From positions 44,813,005 through 44,851,380 of the forward strand of contig NC_068989.1 of NCBI RefSeq assembly GCF_001194135.2: a DNA stretch of 38,376 bases, written 5' to 3'. Below, piece after piece: positions 22,159 through 32,999 of the stretch. Both the position numbers and the translations under genes were made by a program. Source of the stretch: Octopus bimaculoides. Its lineage: Eukaryota. Positions within the stretch are counted from its first letter, which is position 1. Each line of letters opens with the position of its first letter. The notes below the pieces were generated by a model. It had not been told where the DNA came from, searched no databases, and saw only the letters and a list, made by a program, of their open reading frames with translations.

Positions 22159-22202
22159 AGAAAATGTACGGAGATATTCTTAATCTGACATGTAGACTAC
22201 AA

Positions 22203-22352
22203 TCTGTCTGTCTTTCAATTTTTTTCTCAACCCATGAACTCTGACTATTTTATTTTCTCATACTTTACTCACTGTACTCACAGGTTTTCTTCACTCTTGC
22301 TGAATAACACTTCATTACGACTAACCACGGCGAACTTTGCAGAGTACGTATA
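22203..22352 (+). mobile_element. Inverted partner of the 21016-21165 repeat
   Basis: TCTGTCTG...TTTTCTCATACTTTAC...AATAACACTTCATTACGACTAA...CAGAGTACGTAT. Confidence 0.7.
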
Positions 22353-22526
22353 TACCTTATCCCTATGCACGTACGTACGCACGTTTGTATGTAGGTACAC
22401 AAATATGTTTGTTTATATGCATACATACATGCATATACATATGTGTGTGTGTGTCTATGTGTATGTATATACAGAAGTAAAGGGTGAGAGGTATCTATAT
22501 ACAACCACTCTCTTTCTTGATATATA

Positions 22527-22903
22527 CAGGGTGTCTCAAAAAGATGTACTCACTCTTTGACTTCCCAGTACTCACGCATTTTGTGTTCAAGTAGATAGAT
22601 GTTTATTGATATACATACAATTCTAAAAAGTTAAATTAAATTCAGGAAAATAAATTGTTGTAGAAACGATTATTTATTGTCAGTTAGAATTATTTAATGT
22701 TCTCTCTCATTCCTCCGTGTTCGCAAATGTTCAAACTGCCTTCCTTCATTTTCCAAACAAAGCTGATAACGTCCAACAATGGATTCGACAACATTGCCAA
22801 ACATTTCATTTGGAATTGCAAGACATTGTATTCGAATTTCATTTTTCAAATCATCAATTGTCACTGGTTTTGCAGCGTAAACCTTATCTTTGAGATGTCC
22901 CCA
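22527..22903 (-). mobile_element. maT/rosa-like (DD37D/DD41D-type) transposon right end with transposase C-terminus; remainder probably in the gap
   Basis: TA|CAGGGTGTCTCAAAA terminal motif; minus-strand frame WGHLKDKVYAAKPVTIDDLKNEIRIQCLAIPNEMFGNVVESIVGRYQLCLENEGRQFEHL (22697-22903) matches the WG.LK.KVY...P.T...LK..I...R...C....G..FEHL C-terminus. Confidence 0.82.
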
Positions 22904-23871
22904 NNNNNNNNNNNNNNNNNNNNNNNNNNNNNNNNNNNNNNNNNNNNNNNNNNNNNNNNNNNNNNNNNNNNNNNNNNNNNNNNNNNNNNNNNNNNNNNNN
23001 NNNNNNNNNNNNNNNNNNNNNNNNNNNNNNNNNNNNNNNNNNNNNNNNNNNNNNNNNNNNNNNNNNNNNNNNNNNNNNNNNNNNNNNNNNNNNNNNNNNN
23101 NNNNNNNNNNNNNNNNNNNNNNNNNNNNNNNNNNNNNNNNNNNNNNNNNNNNNNNNNNNNNNNNNNNNNNNNNNNNNNNNNNNNNNNNNNNNNNNNNNNN
23201 NNNNNNNNNNNNNNNNNNNNNNNNNNNNNNNNNNNNNNNNNNNNNNNNNNNNNNNNNNNNNNNNNNNNNNNNNNNNNNNNNNNNNNNNNNNNNNNNNNNN
23301 NNNNNNNNNNNNNNNNNNNNNNNNNNNNNNNNNNNNNNNNNNNNNNNNNNNNNNNNNNNNNNNNNNNNNNNNNNNNNNNNNNNNNNNNNNNNNNNNNNNN
23401 NNNNNNNNNNNNNNNNNNNNNNNNNNNNNNNNNNNNNNNNNNNNNNNNNNNNNNNNNNNNNNNNNNNNNNNNNNNNNNNNNNNNNNNNNNNNNNNNNNNN
23501 NNNNNNNNNNNNNNNNNNNNNNNNNNNNNNNNNNNNNNNNNNNNNNNNNNNNNNNNNNNNNNNNNNNNNNNNNNNNNNNNNNNNNNNNNNNNNNNNNNNN
23601 NNNNNNNNNNNNNNNNNNNNNNNNNNNNNNNNNNNNNNNNNNNNNNNNNNNNNNNNNNNNNNNNNNNNNNNNNNNNNNNNNNNNNNNNNNNNNNNNNNNN
23701 NNNNNNNNNNNNNNNNNNNNNNNNNNNNNNNNNNNNNNNNNNNNNNNNNNNNNNNNNNNNNNNNNNNNNNNNNNNNNNNNNNNNNNNNNNNNNNNNNNNN
23801 NNNNNNNNNNNNNNNNNNNNNNNNNNNNNNNNNNNNNNNNNNNNNNNNNNNNNNNNNNNNNNNNNNNNNNN

Positions 23872-23921
<50 letters not shown>

Positions 23922-24055
23922 GAGAGAGAGGGAGAGAGAGGGAGTAGAGATGTTCTCAATACGAACCGGAAATTAAACGAATCAATCCTTAGATTTTCGC
24001 CGGAAGTCGCTATTAACTGCTTAATATAAAACACACGACGGTGCGGTGCAGTGAC
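23872..24055 (+). promoter_or_regulatory. Candidate promoter-like motif cluster: (GA)n, two ETS sites, TATA
   Basis: (GA)n 23872-23945; ACCGGAAAT 23965-23973; CCGGAAGT 24000-24007; TATAAAA 24025-24031; CpG-enriched relative to surroundings. Motif match only. Confidence 0.22.
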
Positions 24056-24089
24056 AGCAAACATACATATAACGACGGGGAAATGCATG

Positions 24090-24737
<648 letters not shown>

Positions 24738-26365
24738 NNNNNNNNNNNNNNNNNNNNNNNNNNNNNNNNNNNNNNNNNNNNNNNNNNNNNNNNNNNNNNN
24801 NNNNNNNNNNNNNNNNNNNNNNNNNNNNNNNNNNNNNNNNNNNNNNNNNNNNNNNNNNNNNNNNNNNNNNNNNNNNNNNNNNNNNNNNNNNNNNNNNNNN
24901 NNNNNNNNNNNNNNNNNNNNNNNNNNNNNNNNNNNNNNNNNNNNNNNNNNNNNNNNNNNNNNNNNNNNNNNNNNNNNNNNNNNNNNNNNNNNNNNNNNNN
25001 NNNNNNNNNNNNNNNNNNNNNNNNNNNNNNNNNNNNNNNNNNNNNNNNNNNNNNNNNNNNNNNNNNNNNNNNNNNNNNNNNNNNNNNNNNNNNNNNNNNN
25101 NNNNNNNNNNNNNNNNNNNNNNNNNNNNNNNNNNNNNNNNNNNNNNNNNNNNNNNNNNNNNNNNNNNNNNNNNNNNNNNNNNNNNNNNNNNNNNNNNNNN
25201 NNNNNNNNNNNNNNNNNNNNNNNNNNNNNNNNNNNNNNNNNNNNNNNNNNNNNNNNNNNNNNNNNNNNNNNNNNNNNNNNNNNNNNNNNNNNNNNNNNNN
25301 NNNNNNNNNNNNNNNNNNNNNNNNNNNNNNNNNNNNNNNNNNNNNNNNNNNNNNNNNNNNNNNNNNNNNNNNNNNNNNNNNNNNNNNNNNNNNNNNNNNN
25401 NNNNNNNNNNNNNNNNNNNNNNNNNNNNNNNNNNNNNNNNNNNNNNNNNNNNNNNNNNNNNNNNNNNNNNNNNNNNNNNNNNNNNNNNNNNNNNNNNNNN
25501 NNNNNNNNNNNNNNNNNNNNNATATATATATGTATATGTATATATGTATGTGTGTATGTATGTAAGTATGTATGCATGTATGTGTATGCGTGCGCACAAA
25601 ATTTTAATGGCCAAATAGCGTTTCCAAGCTGCTTGTAAGATATTAAAACTAATCAAATATTTGCTCCGGCGGTAATAAGGGATGCTCAAAGTGTTTGAGT
25701 GAATGAAAGAAGGGACAAAAGAGACCGGAGTGTTTAAAAGAAAGAGCTACATGTAGAAATGTGTGGTGAAAGGAAAACTATTAATGAATGATTGAAATAT
25801 AGGGAGACAGAGGGGAAGAATGATGTGGGTGACAGTGAGAGGGAGACAACGTGAGTATAATAGTTAGAGAAAAATAGAAAGACTAATAGAATGAGAGAGT
25901 AAATGTTAAACATAAATACAAAACTAAAATCAAATATTGAGTAATTACACACACACATAAGCACTCATATATGCACACACACATACACACACACACGCGC
26001 TTAGATGCATACACACACATATACACTGTCTCATGCACATGCGCAAACATGTTCAAAATATAGTGGAGTTCTTTTTCCTGATGTTTCTAAATGTCAGGAA
26101 TTTGATTTCGTGTACACAATAAGTTTTTACAGTTCTTTTCCACTGTCGCCTCTGATACAAACGTGACAGAGCGCGTTATTGGCAGCTAAGTAGACATTTG
26201 GGTACATAGGCGCTAGCGTGGCTGTATGGAAAGAAGCTTGCTACCCAACCACGTTGTTCTAGGCTCAGTCCCACAGCATGGCACCTTGGGGAAGTGCTTT
26301 CTACAATAACCTCGGGCCGATCACAGCCTTATGAGTGGCAGACGGAAACTAAAAGAAACCCACCG

Positions 26366-26407
<42 letters not shown>

Positions 26408-26479
26408 CGCGCGCGCGCGCGCGTATATCTATATATAAATATATATATGTATATGTATGTATATATATACATACATACA

Positions 26480-26650
26480 TCGTTGACCAAACACCATCCA
26501 ATTTTTTCTCTCCGTGTTTTTCTCCTTGTTTTCTCCGTATTCTTTCTGTTGAAGAGCGTAGCTCGAAACGTTGAGCGTCAAACTAATACATCCTTTTGTT
26601 GTTTACACCACCTGACCTCGTCTGTTGTTGTTTTTTTCGTACATTCTCCC
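26480..26650 (+). mobile_element. Penelope-like/retrozyme-like terminal fragment carrying a hammerhead motif
   Basis: Contains the 26537-26589 fold; shares the CCTCG..TGTTGTTGTTTTTTT downstream motif with the 1950-2168 element; flanked by TA/TACA repeats. Confidence 0.6.
26537..26589 (+). ncRNA. Type I hammerhead ribozyme-like motif (copy 2, compact)
   Basis: GUAUU-C-UUU | CUGUUGA | A | GAGC-GUA-GCUC | GAAA | CG-UUGAG-CG-UC^ | AAA-CU-AAUAC: stems I (3+5 bp with internal loop), II and III all pair; core has U in place of A6. Confidence 0.62.
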
Positions 26651-27188
26651 ATATATATATATATATATATANNNNNNNNNNNNNNNNNNNNNNNNNNNNN
26701 NNNNNNNNNNNNNNNNNNNNNNNNNNNNNNNNNNNNNNNNNNNNNNNNNNNNNNNNNNNNNNNNNNNNNNNNNNNNNNNNNNNNNNNNNNNNNNNNNNNN
26801 NNNNNNNNNNNNNNNNNNNNNNNNNNNNNNNNNNNNNNNNNNNNNNNNNNNNNNNNNNNNNNNNNNNNNNNNNNNNNNNNNNNNNNNNNNNNNNNNNNNN
26901 NNNNNNNNNNNNNNNNNNNNNNNNNNNNNNNNNNNNNNNNNNNNNNNNNNNNNNNNNNNNNNNNNNNNNNNNNNNNNNNNNNNNNNNNNNNNNNNNNNNN
27001 NNNNNNNNNNNNNNNNNNNNNNNNNGCTTTAAAAAGTAACGGGGGTTGAAGAGTTTGACTAGAAGTTCTTCAGGGCTGTGCTCCAGCGCGGCTGCAGTCT
27101 AATGACTGAAACAAGTAAAAGATAAAAGATAGTGGTAATTTCCTTTCATTTCGCTCAATTCCAGGTTGACTATTAATGCTGAATAGTG

Positions 27189-27449
27189 CAAGCACATGGC
27201 TTAGTGGTTAGGGTGTTGGACTCATGATCGTAAGATTGTGATTTCGATTCCTGTACCGGGCGACGCATTATGTTTTGGAGTAAAACATTCCATTTCACGT
27301 TGCTTCAATCCACTCAACTAGCAAAACTGAGTAATCCTGTGAAGGACCGGCGTCTCGTCCAGGTGGGGAACTTATACGCCGTGGAAACTGGGGAAACTGG
27401 CCCTTGTGAGTCGGCATGATTCGAAAAGGTAACCTTTACCTTTACTTTT
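27189..27449 (+). mobile_element. Full-length SINE-C
   Basis: TGGCTTAGTGGTTAGG A-box-like, TTTCGATTCC B-box-like, core and tail matching 9779-10013. Confidence 0.88.
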
Positions 27450-27496
27450 ACTGATGAATAATTTCTCAGGAAATAGTATCTTTATTTTTTTCGAAA

Positions 27497-27870
27497 ATGA
27501 TCCTATCTGAAATGGGGTTCCCGCGAATGGTTTCTCGAGTAAAGTTACTCGGCAAAGTGTTTAGCCCGAAGATCAGGGAATCTCTCCACGTCGTACTTCT
27601 ACGCATCGAGTGGTCACAGTTTCGGTACTACGGACATGTGACCAGAATGTCGCAGGAAAGAATAGTGAGACAGATTCTTCAAGCTGAACCAACTGGCAGG
27701 ATACCTACGGTTACATCAATCATGAGATGCTTGGATAACATCCATAGTCTCAGTTGGTCATGCTTGGAAATCCAGCCGCAAAGTCTAGTAACGGTTACTT
27801 GTGATAGAACTCTTTGGAGAAGGTACCTGAGGACTCTACATCCGCGATCCTCTCGGTAATAGGAGGTATG
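27497..27870 (+). mobile_element. RTE-clade (Rex3/Expander-like) LINE 3' end
   Basis: IRESLHVVLLRIEWSQFRYYGHVTRMSQERIVRQILQAEPTGRIP...RCLDNI..LSWSCLEIQP...DRTLWR..L..LHPR matches the RTE C-terminus (IE.SQLRW.GHV.RM..ER...P.GRR.RGRPR.RW.D...DR..WR); followed by (TATG)n(TATC)n at 27866-27964. Confidence 0.82.
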
Positions 27871-27934
27871 TATGTATGTATGTATGTATGTATGTATGTA
27901 TGTATGTATGTATGTATGTATGTATCTATCTATA

Positions 27935-27965
<31 letters not shown>

Positions 27966-28435
27966 GAGAATAGAGAGGCAGGTTTCGTCTCGTGAAAGTT
28001 TCATNNNNNNNNNNNNNNNNNNNNNNNNNNNNNNNNNNNNNNNNNNNNNNNNNNNNNNNNNNNNNNNNNNNNNNNNNNNNNNNNNNNNNNNNNNNNNNNN
28101 NNNNNNNNNNNNNNNNNNNNNNNNNNNNNNNNNNNNNNNNNNNNNNNNNNNNNNNNNNNNNNNNNNNNNNNNNNNNNNNNNNNNNNNNNNNNNNNNNNNN
28201 NNNNNNNNNNNNNNNNNNNNNNNNNNNNNNNNNNNNNNNNNNNNNNNNNNNNNNNNNNNNNNNNNNNNNNNNNNNNNNNNNNNNNNNNNNNNNNNNNNNN
28301 NNNNNNNNNNNNNNNNNNNNNNNNNNNNNNNNNNNNNNNNNNNNNNNNNNNNNNNNNNNNNNNNNNNNNNNNNNNNNNNNNNNNNNNNNNNNNNNNNNNN
28401 NNNNNNNNNNNNNNNNNNNNNNNNNNNNNNNNNNN

Positions 28436-28500
28436 AAAGAAAAGCTCTACAGTTGTATTTGTCCCCTCTGTGTGCAGCACTGTGTGGCTAATAAAAGAAA
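28436..28500 (+). mobile_element. SINE-A variant 3' tail fragment
   Basis: TTTGTCCCCTCTGTGTG...TGTGTGGCTAATAAAAGAAA resembles 22123-22158. Confidence 0.5.
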
Positions 28501-28504
28501 GTTA

Positions 28505-28577
<73 letters not shown>

Positions 28578-28899
28578 GCGCGTAACGAAAGAAAATTCAT
28601 TGCAGTCTACCCATTGCTTCTTTTCATCGAACGAACATACGGAGGAGGTAGACGCATGTCTGTGCGGAACAACGGACGAACGGTCAGTCCCATCGAAAGC
28701 TTTGCTCCCATAATCATTGAACGCAAAGGGCGGGACATTAGAAAATATATTATTTAATATAATACAGGACGACATAATGGTCATCTCTCTCTCTCTCTCT
28801 CTCTCTATCTACCTATTTATCTATCTATCCTTCTAGCTATCTATACGCACCCACATGGATTTAATTATTATTGTTTCCGTAATTAGTAGCAAGCCCTCT

Positions 28900-29381
28900 T
28901 CTTGTATTAGTAATTAGTTCGACGACATAACCACTTGTACATCTCTTGATATCTGCGCTGGCAACATCAGCCAAATGTCAAATAATATTATACGTAGTAT
29001 ACGTACTATCATGCCCATACAAACACACATGCACGCACACATACACATATACATACACACGCGCGCGCACACACACAAGCACATGTACACAGTTTCTCTC
29101 TCTCTCACTCACACACACACTCACACATACATTTATATGCATATACGTATCTATATAATAGCATCTGCACGCATACATGCATACCGACACATACCCCCAT
29201 ATACATGCATGCATACATACATACATGCATGCATACATACATACATACGTACGTACGTACATGCATACACACATATGCATGCCTATATATGTATGTATAT
29301 CCATGTTTAATGAATATATATATGCCATATACTACCAGAACATATATACATTCTCTTACTCCCCCGACTCTCTCTCTCACA

Positions 29382-29450
<69 letters not shown>

Positions 29451-29520
29451 GTGTTGGGTGTCTATATAAGAATGTACTTATATATTTATATTTTTATTTG
29501 CAAACACATGCACATAGACC

Positions 29521-29570
<50 letters not shown>

Positions 29571-29789
29571 GCATATGACATAGATATATATGCACATGCA
29601 AACACGCACACATGCGGCACACACACACTCACACAAACATATATATATATGTATACATATGTATATATATCAAAATAAATATTTATACTTGTATGTATAC
29701 ATATATATGTGTATATATGTACACACACACACATAACATATATTTACATACACTGATGCATGTACACACACATATGCACAGAAGCACAC

Positions 29790-29845
<56 letters not shown>
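28900..29845. repeat. CA/TA/TACA microsatellite mosaic
   Basis: Direct reading; perfect (TA)n at about 29385-29446 and (CA)n at about 29795-29841. Confidence 0.9.
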
Positions 29846-29846
<1 letters not shown>

Positions 29847-30454
29847 CACTGATGTACGTACAACCGATGTGCGAGATGTGAGAGATGAGAGGCGAGAAGC
29901 AACTCTCTCTAGTATTGCTAGTTTGACTGAAGCTGGAATAGAAGTTAATAAATTTTATGCAGGAATAACCAAATAACCAAATATCAGAAAATGCCAAAAA
30001 AAAAAAAATAATAAAAAGGAAACAAATAAAAAAAACACCTCTTGTAAAACGGTAAGAAGATGAATAAATGAAGATGTACGTGCGTGACTGTGTGTGTGTG
30101 AGTGTGTGTGTGCGAGCGTGTGTGAATTTGTGTTGATGTGTGTGTGTGTGGTAAATGTTGTTAGAGATGGAAGTTGCTGATTGGACAGTGAAATACAGTA
30201 AATCAGTTGGAAAAAACCAACAAGAACTCATTATGACAGTTTGATAGACGTCATAGGGAATCACACATATCGTTTGAGGGAATACGGTAGTGGTAGTTGT
30301 TGTTGTGTTATTGAACCCCGAGACGACACTGATGCTAAGAACCTATGATCAAAGTCGCTCCAGTCGTGAACATCATGCATTTTGCAGCTATTTGTGCCAT
30401 TCCGGGGGACACTATGGTGTGTAACTTGTTAGAAACTAGAAACTGTCTTGCTAG

Positions 30455-30818
30455 TTTTTGTAGCGATACATTCGTTGTTTTGTAGCGATTCTGTAGTTTG
30501 TAGAGATACAATGTTTGGCATATAGAAACTCTTTTGGTTTGTAGAGATTCAGTTGTTGCTTTATAGGAAGTCTCTTGTAGGCTAATGGAGACTCTCTGGT
30601 TGGTTTGTGGACACCGTCTTGCTGGTTTGTAGAGATGCTTTTGTGGAAATTCTTTTGGTTTATAGAAACTCTCTTCTTGGTTTGTAGAGACTCTCCTTTT
30701 GCTTTGTGGAGACTCTTGTTGGCTTGTAGAGATACTTTGCTGGTTTCTAGAGATACTTTTGATGGTCTATGAAGACTTTTTTTTTTGGTTGGTAGAAGTG
30801 CTCTTGTTGATTTGTAGA
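30455..30818. repeat. Degenerate minisatellite, unit about 21 bp (GGTTTGTAGAGACTCT...)
   Basis: TTTGTAGAG/TTTGTGGAG/TTTATAGAA core repeats about 15 times; further units at about 31268-31303. Confidence 0.8.
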
Positions 30819-31237
30819 GGCGTGGCTGTGTGGTAAGAAGTTTGCTTCCCAACCACATGGTTCTGGATGCAGACCCACTGCGTGGCACCTTGGGTAAGTG
30901 ACTTCTACTACAGTCTCGGGCCAACTAAAGTTTTGTGAGTGGATTTGGTAGACGGCAACTGAAATAAGGTCGTCGTATATGTGTGCGTGTTTGTGTGTTT
31001 GTATGTGTGTGTGCTTGTGTCTGTGTTTGTCTACCTCGTCACCGCTTGACAACCGGTATTGGCGTGTTTACGTCTCCGTAACTTAACTGTTCGGCGAAAT
31101 AGAACAACAGAATAAGTACCAGGCTTAAAAAGTACTGAGGTCGATTCATTCAATTAAAATTCTTTAAGGCGGCGCTCTAGCATAGCCGCAGTTTAATGAC
31201 TGAAACAAATAATGAATAGAAGATACAAGATAAAAGG
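30817..31237 (+). mobile_element. Full-length SINE-B (CORE-SINE-like) with internal (TG)n
   Basis: GGCGTGGCTGTGTGGTAAGAAG head; GTGGCACCTTGGGTAAGTG resembles the MIR/CORE motif GTGACCTTGGGCAAGT; tail TGACTGAAACAAA. Confidence 0.88.
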
Positions 31238-31298
31238 TAAAAAATTTCTTGTTATGGAGATAATTTTACGGTTTGTAGAGACCCAATTATTTGTTTGT

Positions 31299-31434
31299 GG
31301 AGGCACGTGACTTAGTCGTTAGGGTATTGGACTCATGATCGTAAGATTGTGGTTTCGATTCCCAGACCGGGCGACACATTGTGTTCTCGAGCAAAACACT
31401 TCATCTCACATTGCTTCAGTCCACTCAGCTGGCA
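31299..31434 (+). mobile_element. SINE-C 5' part, cut by a gap
   Basis: GGAGGCACGTGACTTAGTCGTTAGGG..GACTCATGATCGTAAG..GGTTTCGATTCC..CAGTCCACTCAGCTGGCA. Confidence 0.85.
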
Positions 31435-31962
31435 NNNNNNNNNNNNNNNNNNNNNNNNNNNNNNNNNNNNNNNNNNNNNNNNNNNNNNNNNNNNNNNNNN
31501 NNNNNNNNNNNNNNNNNNNNNNNNNNNNNNNNNNNNNNNNNNNNNNNNNNNNNNNNNNNNNNNNNNNNNNNNNNNNNNNNNNNNNNNNNNNNNNNNNNNN
31601 NNNNNNNNNNNNNNNNNNNNNNNNNNNNNNNNNNNNNNNNNNNNNNNNNNNNNNNNNNNNNNNNNNNNNNNNNNNNNNNNNNNNNNNNNNNNNNNNNNNN
31701 NNNNNNNNNNNNNNNNNNNNNNNNNNNNNNNNNNNNNNNNNNNNNNNNNNNNNNNNNNNNNNNNNNNNNNNNNNNNNNNNNNNNNNNNNNNNNNNNNNNN
31801 NNNNNNNNNNNNNNNNNNNNNNNNNNNNNNNNNNNNNNNNNNNNNNNNNNNNNNNNNNNNNNNNNNNNNNNNNNNNNNNNNNNNNNNNGTGCAAAGACTA
31901 TCTCATATAGAACTCAATATTTGGGGTAAAGTGGAAAGATATGTTTATTGTTGAAATTTCAC

Positions 31963-32127
31963 TAGGAGTGGCTGTGTGGTAAGTAGCTTGCTCACCAGCC
32001 ACATGGTCTCGGGTTCAGTCCCACTGCGTGGTACCTTAGGTAACTGTCTTCTACTATAGCCTCGGGCCGACTAAAGCCTTGAGTGGATTTGGTAGACGGA
32101 AACTGAAAGAAGCCCGTCGTATATATT

Positions 32128-32176
<49 letters not shown>

Positions 32177-32386
32177 TTGTGTGTCTGTGTTTGTCCTCAT
32201 CACCATCACTTGACAACCGATATTGGTGTGTTTACGTCCCCGTAACCTAGCGGTTCGGCAAAAGAGCCCGATTGAATAAGTACTAGGCTTACAAAGAATA
32301 CGTCCTTGGGTCGATTTCTTCGACTTAAGGCGGTGCTCTAGTATGGCCGCATTCAAATGACTGAAACAAATGAAAGAATAAAAGAA
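31963..32386 (+). mobile_element. Full-length SINE-B with internal (TA)n(TG)n
   Basis: Colinear with 30817-31237. Confidence 0.9.
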
Positions 32387-32575
32387 TATCTTTATGTAAT
32401 AACCACGCGCATTCACTGCACAAACTTTTATACATGTATGTATGTATGTATGTATGTATGTATGTATGTATGTTTGCGTGCGCGCACAGATACACACACA
32501 AAAATACATATGCATTCATGCATGCGCACAGTTTCATCGCAAATGATTGTTTGTGTTTTAGTAAGAACTGCACGA

Positions 32576-32998
32576 TACCGCTGTTGCCCTAATATGAAGA
32601 ATATTATCACTCGTATGCATCACCAAGAGCCTACTACCATTCGTAGCTATCGAGACCCCGAATCTTTCCCACTTGACTAAGCGTGTATGATGAACCCTGT
32701 CGTCTATGAGGCAGAAGCCACAGCAACGCTTCAACATAACGTTACTGTAAAAAATTACATCGGCGTATGCGAAGGCAATTTGAAAAGACGTAATGCAAAC
32801 GGCAAGTCTACTTTCCTGCTCATCGACAAAAGTAAAGCCACCAAGTTGACTCGCTTCGTATGGGGTTTGAAGACCAACTGCACGACGCATACAATCAAGT
32901 GGAGAACTGTAGAGAAATCCATGCCATATGTAAATGGGGTTAAGAAATGCAACTTATGCGTCGCTGAAGAATCGCACATTCTTTTTAGAACCTCTTAA
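32576..32998 (+). pseudogene. Penelope-like retroelement: post-RT linker and GIY-YIG endonuclease remnant
   Basis: One frame with a single stop: YRCCPNMKNIITRMH...RSYRDPESFPLD*ACMMNPVVYEA...KNYIGVCEGNLKRR...ATKLTRFVWGLK..TIKWRTVEKSMPYVNGVKKCNLCVAEESHILF; matches the PLE pattern YSC.PNM..II..H..C.CR....CPL.G.C...VVY.A..YIG.TE..FK.R...LS.Y.W.LK...PY.....CNLC..EK..I. Confidence 0.85.
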
Positions 32999-32999
32999 T

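Larger units (their letters stand above)
26208..27130 (+). mobile_element. SINE-B split by an expanded internal microsatellite, a nested hammerhead element and a gap
   Basis: Head/core 26208-26366 (GCGTGGCTGTATGG..GGCACCTTGGGGAAGTG..GACGGAAACT); tail 27026-27130 (GTGCTCCAGC..GCAGTCTAATGACTGAAACAAGTAAAAG). Assignment of both halves to one copy is inferred. Confidence 0.65.

Noticed and set aside
27451-27475. CTGATGA...GAAA motif (also CTGATGA at 663-669)
   Set aside because: No stem II between the core halves; the 663 instance lies within Helitron coding sequence.
30451-30924. 157-aa K/S-rich ORF on the minus strand
   Set aside because: Starts within a SINE-B antisense head and continues through a stop-poor minisatellite; no domain recognised.
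32676-32682. In-frame stop in the PLE linker as a selenocysteine codon
   Set aside because: The codon is TAA, not TGA, and is not at a Cys position.
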